Positions 49,834-58,758 of a stretch of DNA of 64,000 bases are shown in pieces. The translations under genes and the position numbers were made by a program. The first letter of the stretch is position 1; every line of letters starts with the position of its first letter. A model generated the notes under the pieces. That model did no database searches. It was not told where the DNA came from and saw only the letters and a list, made by a program, of their open reading frames with translations. Source of the stretch: Deltaproteobacteria bacterium (GTDB taxonomy: Bacteria; Desulfobacterota; Binatia; UBA12015); assembly GCA_046583355.1 (NCBI GenBank), contig JAYGCM010000087.1:50626-114625 (forward strand). The letters are read 5' to 3'.

Positions 49834-52800
49834 TCTGCTGCACCCGGATCTCCCAGGTATGGGCGCTGGCCTGCGCACGCAGCGCGGCTCTGGCGTCGGG
49901 ATCGCGCCGCTCCTCGATGCCGTGGGCGAGGGCTTCGAGCCATTCGTCGCGTCCGGTCGCAATACGCACGAGGTCGATCCGGGCGCATTCAGGCAAGGCG
50001 GCGCTGACGATCGGGCAGCCGCCGGCCATATACTCGAAGAGCTTGAGCGGCGAGACCGCGCGCGTGAGAGGCATGACCTGGAAGGGGATGGTCGCCACAT
50101 CGAAGGCGGCCAGGCAGGAGGGGATTTCCGCATAAGGCACGGCGCCGGGAAGCTCGACATTGGGCAAGGCAGCCAGGCCGCTTGCCGCGGCCGTGCCGTC
50201 GTGGTCCGGGCCGATCAGAACGAAACTCCACTCGGGTCGGGCCCGCGCCAGGGCTGCGATCAGATCGTAATCGACCCAGCGTGCGAGCGCGCCGAAATAG
50301 CCGATGATGGGCCGCGGCAAGTCGGCGAATCGCCTGGCCCCTGCCGTCTCGGTAGTTGCGAAATGCGCCAGGTCGACCCCATTGGGTACCAGCAGCGCAT
50401 CGCTGCGGGTGGCCTTCAACCCGTCCAGGAGTCGGTCGGCGGTGGCGATGACGATATCGGCTTCGCGCACCATGCGGGAATGCTCGCGGCGCAGCCTCGT
50501 GGGGTTGCCGCCGAAGACTTCAATCTCGTCGATTGACTCATAGATGATCGTGGAGTGGGGGAAATACGCGGTTTCGTAAGCGTTATACGGCAGGGCGAAG
50601 ACGCGCGCGCCGCGCGTTTCGTCAAAGGCGCAAAGCGGCAAAGAACTCAGATGCACCCCCTGGGCGACCTGCTGTAGGCCGGGCCCGTCTTTGGCGTCGT
50701 AATCGTGCAGGCAAAAGAAGACCAGGTGGCCGAGTCGGCCCAAGGCCAGGGCGAGTTGCTGCGGGCGTTGGAAGAGGTCAATGGACCAACCGATTCCGGG
50801 CAGGAAGACGATCACTTCGCCGTCTGGATGGTTGGCGATCAGGGATTGGATCTGCCCCTGCCCTTGTCGCGTCGCGTGGCGATCGCCCTGATGCGGGCGC
50901 CAATGGCACGCCCATTTATCTTCGTAGATTTCGCGATTCTGGTCATGCAGGGCGCGGTAGCGGGCGTCGCTGAGCTTGCGGAAGCTGGCCCGCCCCGCGT
51001 GGTGGATATAGACTTCCTCGGCACAAACGACGCGATAGCCGGCGGCGCGAATCCGATGCGAATAATCGTCGTCCTCGAACATGCCGACGCCATAGCGCTC
51101 ATCGAGTGGGCCGACCTCGGCAAAGACGCGCCGCGGCAGGGCCACGCAATACATCGCCAGGACATCGATCGGATAGCGCTGGCCTTGGTGCACGCGCGCC
51201 CAATCTTCGGCGAATATGGCGAGTCCACCGAGGTCTTCATAGCCGGCCTCCTGCCGCGCCTCGTTCCAGACATTATTGGTGACCGGGCCGATCAGGCCGA
51301 TGCTTTCATCGCAGCGCAGGTTACGCAGCAGGCGCGCGAGCCAGCCGCGGGGGAGCACGGTATCGTTGTTGAGCAGAACGAGAAAGTCGCCGGCCGCGGC
51401 GGCCAGACCCTGATTATTGGCGGCGGCGAAACCGCGGTTGTCGCGGTTGCGGATCAGGCGCACGCGCGGGTCCTCGCGGGCCAACTCGGCCAGCCAGGCC
51501 GCTGTCGCATCGCTGGAGCCATTGTCGACGAAGATCAGTTCGATATGGGGCCAGGTCGTATCGGAAAGTATGGACTTGACGCATTGTTCGGTGAAGCCGA
51601 GGTTGTTCCAGGTGACGATGATGAGGCTGACCAGCGGAAAGCTCTCGGCGGCGGCCGCCGTCAATGCCGTGCCGCGGGCCTGCCAAGAGTTCGCCTCGGC
51701 GAAGGCGCGGCGCGCTCGGGCGGGGCGTAACTGGTTCTCGGCCAGGGCCAATTCGAGTTCCTTGGTGAATTCTTCGGGCGACTTTGCCAAGCGGAAAAGG
51801 TCACCATAGGGCCGGAGTTCGGGCAGGTCACTGGCGACCACGGGTTTGCCCGCGGCCAGGTATTCATAGGCTTTGACCGGATCGGTTGCCTGCACCAATG
51901 GTGTGAGCTGAAAGGGAATCGTTGCTACATCGAAATGTGCGAGATAGGCAGGCAGCTCGGCATAGGGTCTTTCGCCGAGAAAATGCACGTTGGGCAATGC
52001 CCGCAGGTCGTCATGCGGTGGCGCGCCGAAGGTCGAGCCGATCAGTACGAAGGACCATTGCGGATGTGCGGCGGCGGCGTGGCGCAGCATATCGAAATCA
52101 AACCACGCTGAGATGGCGCCAAAATAGCCGATGATTTTTCCCGCCAGGCCGTCCATCTCCGCCGGTCTGGCCGGTGCTGGTTTGCGAGCGGCGAAATGTT
52201 CCACATCGCAGCCGTTGGGAATCCGCACGATGCGCGGGTTCAGGGGCCGCATCTTGCCGTGCAAGGCATGCGCTGTGACGACTACTGTGTCGGCCCCGGC
52301 GGCGAGACGCTCCTCGGCGCCGGTCATCGCGGGCGTATTGGTTGCGAAATCGGCGTGGTCGTCCATGCAATCGTAGAGCAGCGGCCAGCCGCGTTCGCGC
52401 ATCGCCAATGCCGCGTCGGCCCAGAAGGGAAGTTGGACGATGCTCAATGCGCTGGCGATTCCCTCTTGGCGGGCCAGCAGGTCCAGCGAGGCGACCAGGG
52501 CGCGCTGGTTCCCGGTATCCAATTCGTCTTGGTAGACGTTGCGCACCGATTCCATGCCTGGCGCGACCCGGATGATGCCGTCTTCGATCCGGGTCAGCAG
52601 CGGGGCGGCGCCGGGCTGCAAATGCTCACCGTGCAGCAGCGCATGGGGGTCGATCCAGAAGATGCGGTGGCCGCGGCGGGCCATCTCCCGCATCAGCTGC
52701 TGGGGCCGCTGGAAACGGAAATCCCACGCGATGATGGGGAAGCAGACGATATCGAAGGTGGTCGGCAGCGCGGCTACGCCCGCTGACCAGGCGAGTAGCC

Positions 52801-52957
52801 CGACCTCGCTTGCCATGCGCGGCGGCGGTTTGGGCGGCAGACCCAGGAGGCGCCGCAGGCGCGTGCGAATGGGGTAGGGGATATGGCGCCCGATATGCTG
52901 CTGGCCCGCACGGATCACCGCTTTGGCGATCCGATGCTTGCGTCCTGATCCGGCCAC
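49787..52957 (-). CDS. Three-module glycosyltransferase (GT4-like, GT2, GT4-like)
   Basis: FQRPQQL occurs twice; DPVKAYEYLAAG and SPLKLFEYMAGG; central VDNGSSD, GFAAANN, LLNND, FEDDD. Confidence 0.9.
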   Translation of the reverse strand: MAGSGRKHRIAKAVIRAGQQHIGRHIPYPIRTRLRRLLGLPPKPPPRMASEVGLLAWSAGVAALPTTFDIVCFPIIAWDFRFQRPQQLMREMARRGHRIFWIDPHALLHGEHLQPGAAPLLTRIEDGIIRVAPGMESVRNVYQDELDTGNQRALVASLDLLARQEGIASALSIVQLPFWADAALAMRERGWPLLYDCMDDHADFATNTPAMTGAEERLAAGADTVVVTAHALHGKMRPLNPRIVRIPNGCDVEHFAARKPAPARPAEMDGLAGKIIGYFGAISAWFDFDMLRHAAAAHPQWSFVLIGSTFGAPPHDDLRALPNVHFLGERPYAELPAYLAHFDVATIPFQLTPLVQATDPVKAYEYLAAGKPVVASDLPELRPYGDLFRLAKSPEEFTKELELALAENQLRPARARRAFAEANSWQARGTALTAAAAESFPLVSLIIVTWNNLGFTEQCVKSILSDTTWPHIELIFVDNGSSDATAAWLAELAREDPRVRLIRNRDNRGFAAANNQGLAAAAGDFLVLLNNDTVLPRGWLARLLRNLRCDESIGLIGPVTNNVWNEARQEAGYEDLGGLAIFAEDWARVHQGQRYPIDVLAMYCVALPRRVFAEVGPLDERYGVGMFEDDDYSHRIRAAGYRVVCAEEVYIHHAGRASFRKLSDARYRALHDQNREIYEDKWACHWRPHQGDRHATRQGQGQIQSLIANHPDGEVIVFLPGIGWSIDLFQRPQQLALALGRLGHLVFFCLHDYDAKDGPGLQQVAQGVHLSSLPLCAFDETRGARVFALPYNAYETAYFPHSTIIYESIDEIEVFGGNPTRLRREHSRMVREADIVIATADRLLDGLKATRSDALLVPNGVDLAHFATTETAGARRFADLPRPIIGYFGALARWVDYDLIAALARARPEWSFVLIGPDHDGTAAASGLAALPNVELPGAVPYAEIPSCLAAFDVATIPFQVMPLTRAVSPLKLFEYMAGGCPIVSAALPECARIDLVRIATGRDEWLEALAHGIEERRDPDARAALRAQASAHTWEIRVQQIMQAVDAATASRRAS

Positions 52958-53051
52958 GAATTGCCTCGCTACACCTTGCGCGCGGATGCCTCAATGCCGA
53001 ATCTGGAGAACTGGCGTGCGCGGGCGAGAGCCCAGCCGGAACACCACCATT

Positions 53052-53732
53052 ATGTCCGCCGCTGGCGAAACAATCGCGACCGCTCCGGTCGCCACTGCCC
53101 AGGTCGCCGAGCGCCTGGCAGCCCTGGATCCGGCGACCCGCGGCCGCCTTCGCGCGACGCTACGCGACGATATGGAAACTGAATACGATGCGCGCTTCCT
53201 GACCGCCTGGGTGCGCCAGTTGCCGATCGAGTTTTCCCCGGAATTCCTTGAACTTTTCGACCATTGGGACCGGGAAGAGGGCGAGCATTTCACCGCTTTT
53301 CGTGATGTCTGCGCTCTTTTCCTCGACGACCTTGAGCCCGCGCTGGCCGCGCGGCGCCCCGATTTCGGTGCCATTGCCCATCTCTTTTCCGGCGAGTTCG
53401 AGATCCTCTGCCTGCTGGCCTACGACGAATTGGCGACCGTGCGCGGCTACAAAGGCAACCTCGAGCTCTACGACCGCCTTGGCCCGGTATTCGGTGGCTT
53501 CGTGCGCTCGGTGGTGGCCGATGAAGCCTCGCATTATGCGGGTTTCCGCCGCCTCTTGCGCGCGCGCCACGCACACCGACTCAGTGAGGCACCGGCGATC
53601 ATCCGTCGGATCCGTGCCGCCGATGGTACGCCCTATCGGGCGACTTTTGTCCTCGATCATGATGACCCCGTCTATGGCGCTGCACTTTTCGACGAGGTCG
53701 CCCATGTTCTCGAACAACAGCTGACGCGTTAA
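53052..53732 (+). CDS. Ferritin-like (diiron carboxylate) protein
   Basis: Helical protein with METE, EEGEH, YDE and DEASH (two ExxH motifs). Confidence 0.75.
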   Translation: MSAAGETIATAPVATAQVAERLAALDPATRGRLRATLRDDMETEYDARFLTAWVRQLPIEFSPEFLELFDHWDREEGEHFTAFRDVCALFLDDLEPALAARRPDFGAIAHLFSGEFEILCLLAYDELATVRGYKGNLELYDRLGPVFGGFVRSVVADEASHYAGFRRLLRARHAHRLSEAPAIIRRIRAADGTPYRATFVLDHDDPVYGAALFDEVAHVLEQQLTR

Positions 53733-53742
53733 GGAGACCTTT

Positions 53743-55308
53743 GTGGATCGCACCCGAATGATCGCGGCTTTGGCCGATGGCCCTTGGGATGTTCTGGTAG
53801 TCGGGGGCGGAGCCTCGGGTTTGGGGATCGCCGTCGATGCCCAGACCCGAGGCTACCGCACGCTGCTGCTTGAGAAACACGATTTCGCCAAGGCGACCTC
53901 CAGTCGCTCGACCAAATTGGTGCATGGTGGCGTGCGCTACCTGCAGCAGGGCAATGTTTCGTTGGTGCTCGAAGCCCTGCGCGAGCGCGGGTTGTTGGGC
54001 CGCAACGCGGCCCATCTGGTGCATGATCTCGCTTTTGTGGTGCCGAGTTACCGCTGGTGGGAGGGGCCCTTCTACGGCGTGGGCCTCAAGGTCTACGACC
54101 GCCTCGCGGGCCGATTGAATATCGCCAGTTCCCGCATTCTCGACCGCGCGGAAACGCTTGCGAAGATCCCCAATGTGGAGACCGAGAACCTGCTCGGTGG
54201 CGTGCAATATCATGACGCGCAGTTCGACGACGCGCGGCTTGCTCTCGCGCTCGCTATGACGGCAGTCGACCATGGCGCGACCCTGATCAACTATATGTCG
54301 GTCGATCGGCTGCTGAAGAAAGACGGGCAGGTCGTGGGGGTGGCGGCGAGTGATGGCGAGACCGGTCGCATCTGCAACTTGCACGCCTCGGTCGTGATCA
54401 ATGCCACCGGCGTCTTTGCGGACTCCTTGCGGCGCCTCGACGAGCCGCGCACGGAGGCCACGGTCACCGCCAGCCAGGGTGTGCATATCGTCCTGGACCG
54501 TAGCTTCCAGCCTTCCGATACGGCGATCATGGTGCCGCAGACCGATGACGGTCGCGTGCTTTTCGTCATTCCCTGGCATGGCCGCGTTCTGGTGGGCACG
54601 ACCGATACCGAAGTATCCGAGGCCGAAATCGAGCCCCGTCCGCTCAGCGAGGAAATCGATTTTATCTTGCGCAACGCCGCGCGCTACCTGGAGCGCGAGC
54701 CGAAACGCGAGGATATTCTGAGTTGCTTTGCCGGCTTGCGGCCGCTGGTGAAAGCGAATTTCGAGACCGGCGGCACCAAGACGATCTCGCGTGAGCATTC
54801 GGTCCTCATCTCGGAGTCCGGGCTGGTTACGATCGTGGGCGGCAAATGGACCACCTACCGCAAGATGGCCGAAGACACGGTCGATGACGCCGCCGCCGTA
54901 GCCGGGCTCGAAGAGCGCGCCTGCATCACGGGCAATCTACGCCTGCACGGTTGGATGCGCCGCAGCGATCCGCTTCTGCCTTCCGAGGGGCATATGGAAA
55001 TGTACGGTGCCGATGCCGCGACCGTGCAGCGTTTTCTGGAAGACGAGCCGCGAGGCCTGGAACTGCTTCATCCGCGTCTGCCCTACCATTGCGGCCAGGT
55101 CACCTGGGCGGCCCGCTTTGAGATGGCACGCACAGTGGAAGACGTTCTCTCACGCCGCACCCGTAGCCTGCTTCTGGACGCACGGGCGGCCATCGAGGCG
55201 GCGCCACTCACCGCCAAGCTGCTGGCGGCCGAGTTGGGCCGCGACTCGCTCTGGCAGCAACGCCAGGTCGAAGACTTCCAGACCCTCGCCGCCCGCTACC
55301 TCCCGTAG
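53743..55308 (+). CDS. glpD: FAD-dependent glycerol-3-phosphate dehydrogenase
   Basis: SD AAGGAG; VVGGGASG, TSSRSTKLVHGGVRYL, AGLRPL, GGKWTTYRKMAE, VLSRRTR. Confidence 0.93.
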   Translation: MDRTRMIAALADGPWDVLVVGGGASGLGIAVDAQTRGYRTLLLEKHDFAKATSSRSTKLVHGGVRYLQQGNVSLVLEALRERGLLGRNAAHLVHDLAFVVPSYRWWEGPFYGVGLKVYDRLAGRLNIASSRILDRAETLAKIPNVETENLLGGVQYHDAQFDDARLALALAMTAVDHGATLINYMSVDRLLKKDGQVVGVAASDGETGRICNLHASVVINATGVFADSLRRLDEPRTEATVTASQGVHIVLDRSFQPSDTAIMVPQTDDGRVLFVIPWHGRVLVGTTDTEVSEAEIEPRPLSEEIDFILRNAARYLEREPKREDILSCFAGLRPLVKANFETGGTKTISREHSVLISESGLVTIVGGKWTTYRKMAEDTVDDAAAVAGLEERACITGNLRLHGWMRRSDPLLPSEGHMEMYGADAATVQRFLEDEPRGLELLHPRLPYHCGQVTWAARFEMARTVEDVLSRRTRSLLLDARAAIEAAPLTAKLLAAELGRDSLWQQRQVEDFQTLAARYLP

Positions 55309-55373
55309 CGTCTCGGGCCTCGGCGTCGTCGTCTGGGCCCGGCCGGGGTGTGTCGTGAGCTCCAGCGGCGGAC

Positions 55374-55410
55374 AAAAAAAGGCCCGGGCTCCTTGCGGAA
55401 CCCGGGCCTT
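55374..55410 (-). terminator. Intrinsic terminator between convergent glpD and the TonB receptor
   Basis: AAGGCCCGGG...CCCGGGCCTT hairpin preceded on the + strand by A7 (U tract for the - strand transcript). Confidence 0.8.
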
Positions 55411-55434
55411 CTGCTGCGAGAAGCTTTTCGGCTT

Positions 55435-58400
55435 CTAGAGGTGTGCTCCGACAGCGAAGCCGAAGAGACGCGGCTCGATGACGAAGACATTGGTGAATTG
55501 CGCGGTAGCGGCATCCGACACATAGAGGCCGGTGATATTGTCGCTATTCAGGATATTCTTCACGTACCCACGAAGGAACCAACGCCCTTCCTGATCTTCA
55601 AAGACGACCTGCGCATCCCAACGGTGCCACGACGGAATCTTGTCGAGCGGGCCGTTGTAGATACGTCCCCACATGGACGACTGAATGTAGAAGTCGGAAC
55701 GCGGGGTGACGTCGATGCCCAGAGCATCCACCGGGAAGGTGTATTGGCCACCGACCTTGAACGTCAGAGTCGGCGCATTCGGCATCTCGTTGCCTTCGAC
55801 CTCCACCGCATAGGAGGGCTTAGTCAGGTCGATGGTGGTGTCGTCAGGGCCCGGCACAGCGCTCATTGCAGCGCAGTTGACCAGCGTAGGCAGGCCACTC
55901 TCCGTGAAGGTGATTTCCTCGTGAACGTAGTAGTTCTGGTTCGCCGCCTGGTCGAGCAGGCCGGTCTCGTACGCCGAGCGGTAGGCCGTCTCGTCGAGGA
56001 CACAGGGCTGGCCGAAGATGGAGTCCTTGGCGAGGAAAGAGTTCGGTTCGTTGAAACGCTCGCCCGCGGGGTCGCGAGGATCAACCGAACGTTCGCCATT
56101 TTTGATCTCGGTTCCGAGGTAGGAGAAGTTCATGTCGATGAGCAAGCCCGGAACCCAGGGGACCGCCCACATGGTCTCGATCTCGAGGCCCCAGACGTTG
56201 GCATCGATGTTCTCGTTGATCGACGTGCGGTTCTGAATCTTCGAGACCTGGTAGCCGGTGTAATCGTAATAGAAGGCCGCGAAGTTGGCGACGAGGCCAA
56301 GATCGAGGATCTTGTTCTTCATGCCGACTTCGAAGGCGTTTACGATCTCTTGCTCGAAGGTATCCTCGACGCCCGTGAAGAGTGCCGGATCGACTGCAGG
56401 GTTGAAGCCGCCCGGACGGTAGCCGCGCGACCATTGCACATAGGTCATGGTCTCGTCGGTGAAGGGAAGCTCTGTCATATAATCGAGAACCGCGCGCCCG
56501 GTCCACGCATCGAACGTGACATCGGTTGCGCTGCCCTTGAGGGACCGTGCGAAGTTGTAGGGCGGCAGCGGCGCACCCGGCAGGCAATCTTTCGGACCGT
56601 CAGGATCCGAGGGGTCGCAGGATACCGTGCCCTGGGCGCCTGGCTGCACCGGGCCGAGCGGCGCATACGAGACCGGTCCGCCCTCGGGCGCGAAGGCGCA
56701 GTCAAAATCGGTCTGGTTGAGCGGCGTCAGTGGATCGGTGTCGATCAGGCATATTTTATTAGGCATCTGGTTGACGCCGCCGCCGTATTGCAGGGAGTTC
56801 AGCAGAGTCTGACGGTCGCGGATGTCCTTCTTGTCTCGGTTGTAGCGAATACCACCGGTGAACTTCAGCTCTTCGGTGATATCGTAATACCCTTCGCCGT
56901 AGATGCCGAAGCTGTTCCGGATATAGGGGTTGGTCTGGTTGAAATAGAAGCTCGGGTAGAGCCCGGTCAGACCCGGCAGAGGCGGGATGGGACCAGCCGG
57001 CAGCGAGATCGGCGCGGCGTCCAGGGCAACGGATTCGAGCGTGTTGCTCAGAACATTGTAGCCGGTCCGTGTGCGCTGGTTGGTGTAGTTGACGCCAGCG
57101 AGGAAGTTGAAAGCCGACTCCCAAGCCGAGCTGATACGGGCTTCCGTGTACCATGTATTGGTCTGCAGGAAGCTCTTATCGTAGGAGAAGACGCGCTGGT
57201 CCCAGCGGAAAATCTTGCCGCCGAAGGCACCTTCGAGGTTCTCGTCCGTCCAATCGAAGTTGGCAGGGCCGGAGACCGGGAGGATGCCGACGGGGTTGTC
57301 GTCTGTCGGAACGAAGCTTGCGCCGACGTCCATATTGTAGTCCTGACGCGAGTTCACCGAGACCTTATGGTAGGCGCCGATCACGTTGAGGGTCAGGTCT
57401 TCGGGGAGTTCCTGCGCGAGGGTCAGAAGGTAGGTTGACTCGTCGGCCTGATAGGTCGGGTCGAGATCGGTGTAGACAGCGCGTAGATCGTCGTTGAGGC
57501 GCTGTTGCAGGCCCGGGTTCTGCTCTTCGGAGTACGGGTTCTGGCTATCCGGCGTCGCACCCCAAGGTGTGAGGCCGGCGTAGGCGGCGAACATGCCGCC
57601 GACAAAGGCCTGCGGGTAGGAGAGGTCGGCACGCTGCGTCTCAAGGCTGCCGCGCCAATCACAGCCGAGCTGCGGGGTAGAGGTCGCGTTGCAGAGCTGC
57701 TTGGTGACGCGCGCGCGGTTGTCGTCTTCTTTGAAGCGCGACCACAGGAAGCTCACATAGGTCGTGTCGGTGAGGTCGGCGGCGAGAGTGGCGCGGATGC
57801 TCCAGAGGTCGCGGCCATCGACGGTGTCGGAATTAACTTCCGGGCCATCGTAGAGGTTCTTGGTCATGCCATCGCGCTGCAGCGAGATGCCGGCAACACG
57901 AATCGCGAAACGCTCACCCAACGGAAGGTTGACGGCGCCGCGGATTTTCAGCGAGTTGAAGTTACCGTAGTCGACTTCGAAATCGCCGCCGAATTCTTCC
58001 ATATTCGGCTTGGCCGTGATGACGTTTACCACACCGCCGGTTGCGTTCTGGCCGTAGAGAGTGCCCTGCGGGCCACGCAGAATCTCGACACGCTCAAGAT
58101 CGAAATACTCGGTCTCGAAGATCAGTGTCGGCAGCGGAGTCTCGTTGATATGGAACGCTACGCCCGGTGAGCCGGAAGCGGCCACAGCCGCCGAACCAAC
58201 ACCACGAATCGAGAAGTTCGAGCCCGTGAAGTTGGTCTTGGTGAACGACACGTTGGGCGCGCTGAATTGCAGGTCGGAGAATTGCGCGATCTGCTGCATT
58301 TCCAAGGCTTCGGCGTTGAATGCCGAAACCGCGATGGGCACTTCCTGCAGCGACTCGGATTTGCGCTGGGCGGTAATGACCATCTCTTCGATGGCTGGTC

Positions 58401-58539
58401 TGGGTGCACGCTCGGGCGGCGTATCGAACGCCTGAAGCTGTTCTTCCGCTTCTTTCTCGGGCGCTACATCGAGCGTCTGTGCCTGGGCTGTTGTTGCCGC
58501 AAAAATGGCAACAAGAACCAATGCCGTATACTTCTTCAT
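55435..58539 (-). CDS. TonB-dependent outer membrane receptor
   Basis: Signal MKKYTALVLVAIFAATTAQA; EEMVITAQR, ERVEILRGPQGTLYGQN..GG, C-terminal PRLFGFAVGAHL. Confidence 0.95.
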   Translation of the reverse strand: MKKYTALVLVAIFAATTAQAQTLDVAPEKEAEEQLQAFDTPPERAPRPAIEEMVITAQRKSESLQEVPIAVSAFNAEALEMQQIAQFSDLQFSAPNVSFTKTNFTGSNFSIRGVGSAAVAASGSPGVAFHINETPLPTLIFETEYFDLERVEILRGPQGTLYGQNATGGVVNVITAKPNMEEFGGDFEVDYGNFNSLKIRGAVNLPLGERFAIRVAGISLQRDGMTKNLYDGPEVNSDTVDGRDLWSIRATLAADLTDTTYVSFLWSRFKEDDNRARVTKQLCNATSTPQLGCDWRGSLETQRADLSYPQAFVGGMFAAYAGLTPWGATPDSQNPYSEEQNPGLQQRLNDDLRAVYTDLDPTYQADESTYLLTLAQELPEDLTLNVIGAYHKVSVNSRQDYNMDVGASFVPTDDNPVGILPVSGPANFDWTDENLEGAFGGKIFRWDQRVFSYDKSFLQTNTWYTEARISSAWESAFNFLAGVNYTNQRTRTGYNVLSNTLESVALDAAPISLPAGPIPPLPGLTGLYPSFYFNQTNPYIRNSFGIYGEGYYDITEELKFTGGIRYNRDKKDIRDRQTLLNSLQYGGGVNQMPNKICLIDTDPLTPLNQTDFDCAFAPEGGPVSYAPLGPVQPGAQGTVSCDPSDPDGPKDCLPGAPLPPYNFARSLKGSATDVTFDAWTGRAVLDYMTELPFTDETMTYVQWSRGYRPGGFNPAVDPALFTGVEDTFEQEIVNAFEVGMKNKILDLGLVANFAAFYYDYTGYQVSKIQNRTSINENIDANVWGLEIETMWAVPWVPGLLIDMNFSYLGTEIKNGERSVDPRDPAGERFNEPNSFLAKDSIFGQPCVLDETAYRSAYETGLLDQAANQNYYVHEEITFTESGLPTLVNCAAMSAVPGPDDTTIDLTKPSYAVEVEGNEMPNAPTLTFKVGGQYTFPVDALGIDVTPRSDFYIQSSMWGRIYNGPLDKIPSWHRWDAQVVFEDQEGRWFLRGYVKNILNSDNITGLYVSDAATAQFTNVFVIEPRLFGFAVGAHL

Positions 58540-58758
58540 CCTGATTTTCCCCCCAAAATGTGTGAGCCGCAAAGCGGCGATTCCCACCCGGATATCGTTT
58601 CCATTCAAAAATGCAACGCAAACGCAGTAGCTTTCGCCTGTTTTTAATACGGAGGCTGCCAGGGGCTATGCGGGTTTTTCCTGATTCGGCTAGGGGATTA
58701 CTCTGGTACGGGAGAGTTTTTCTGAGCGAATCCCCTGGCCTGTACCGTGGCGCGGAAC

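Noticed and set aside
55348..57438. 696-aa + strand ORF
   Set aside because: Antisense shadow of the TonB-dependent receptor
58540..58690. Riboswitch (cobalamin or c-di-GMP) upstream of the TonB receptor
   Set aside because: Only a GGCGAAAGC-like hairpin is present; no B12 box or c-di-GMP core motifs are recognisable by eye; an Infernal/Rfam scan would be decisive
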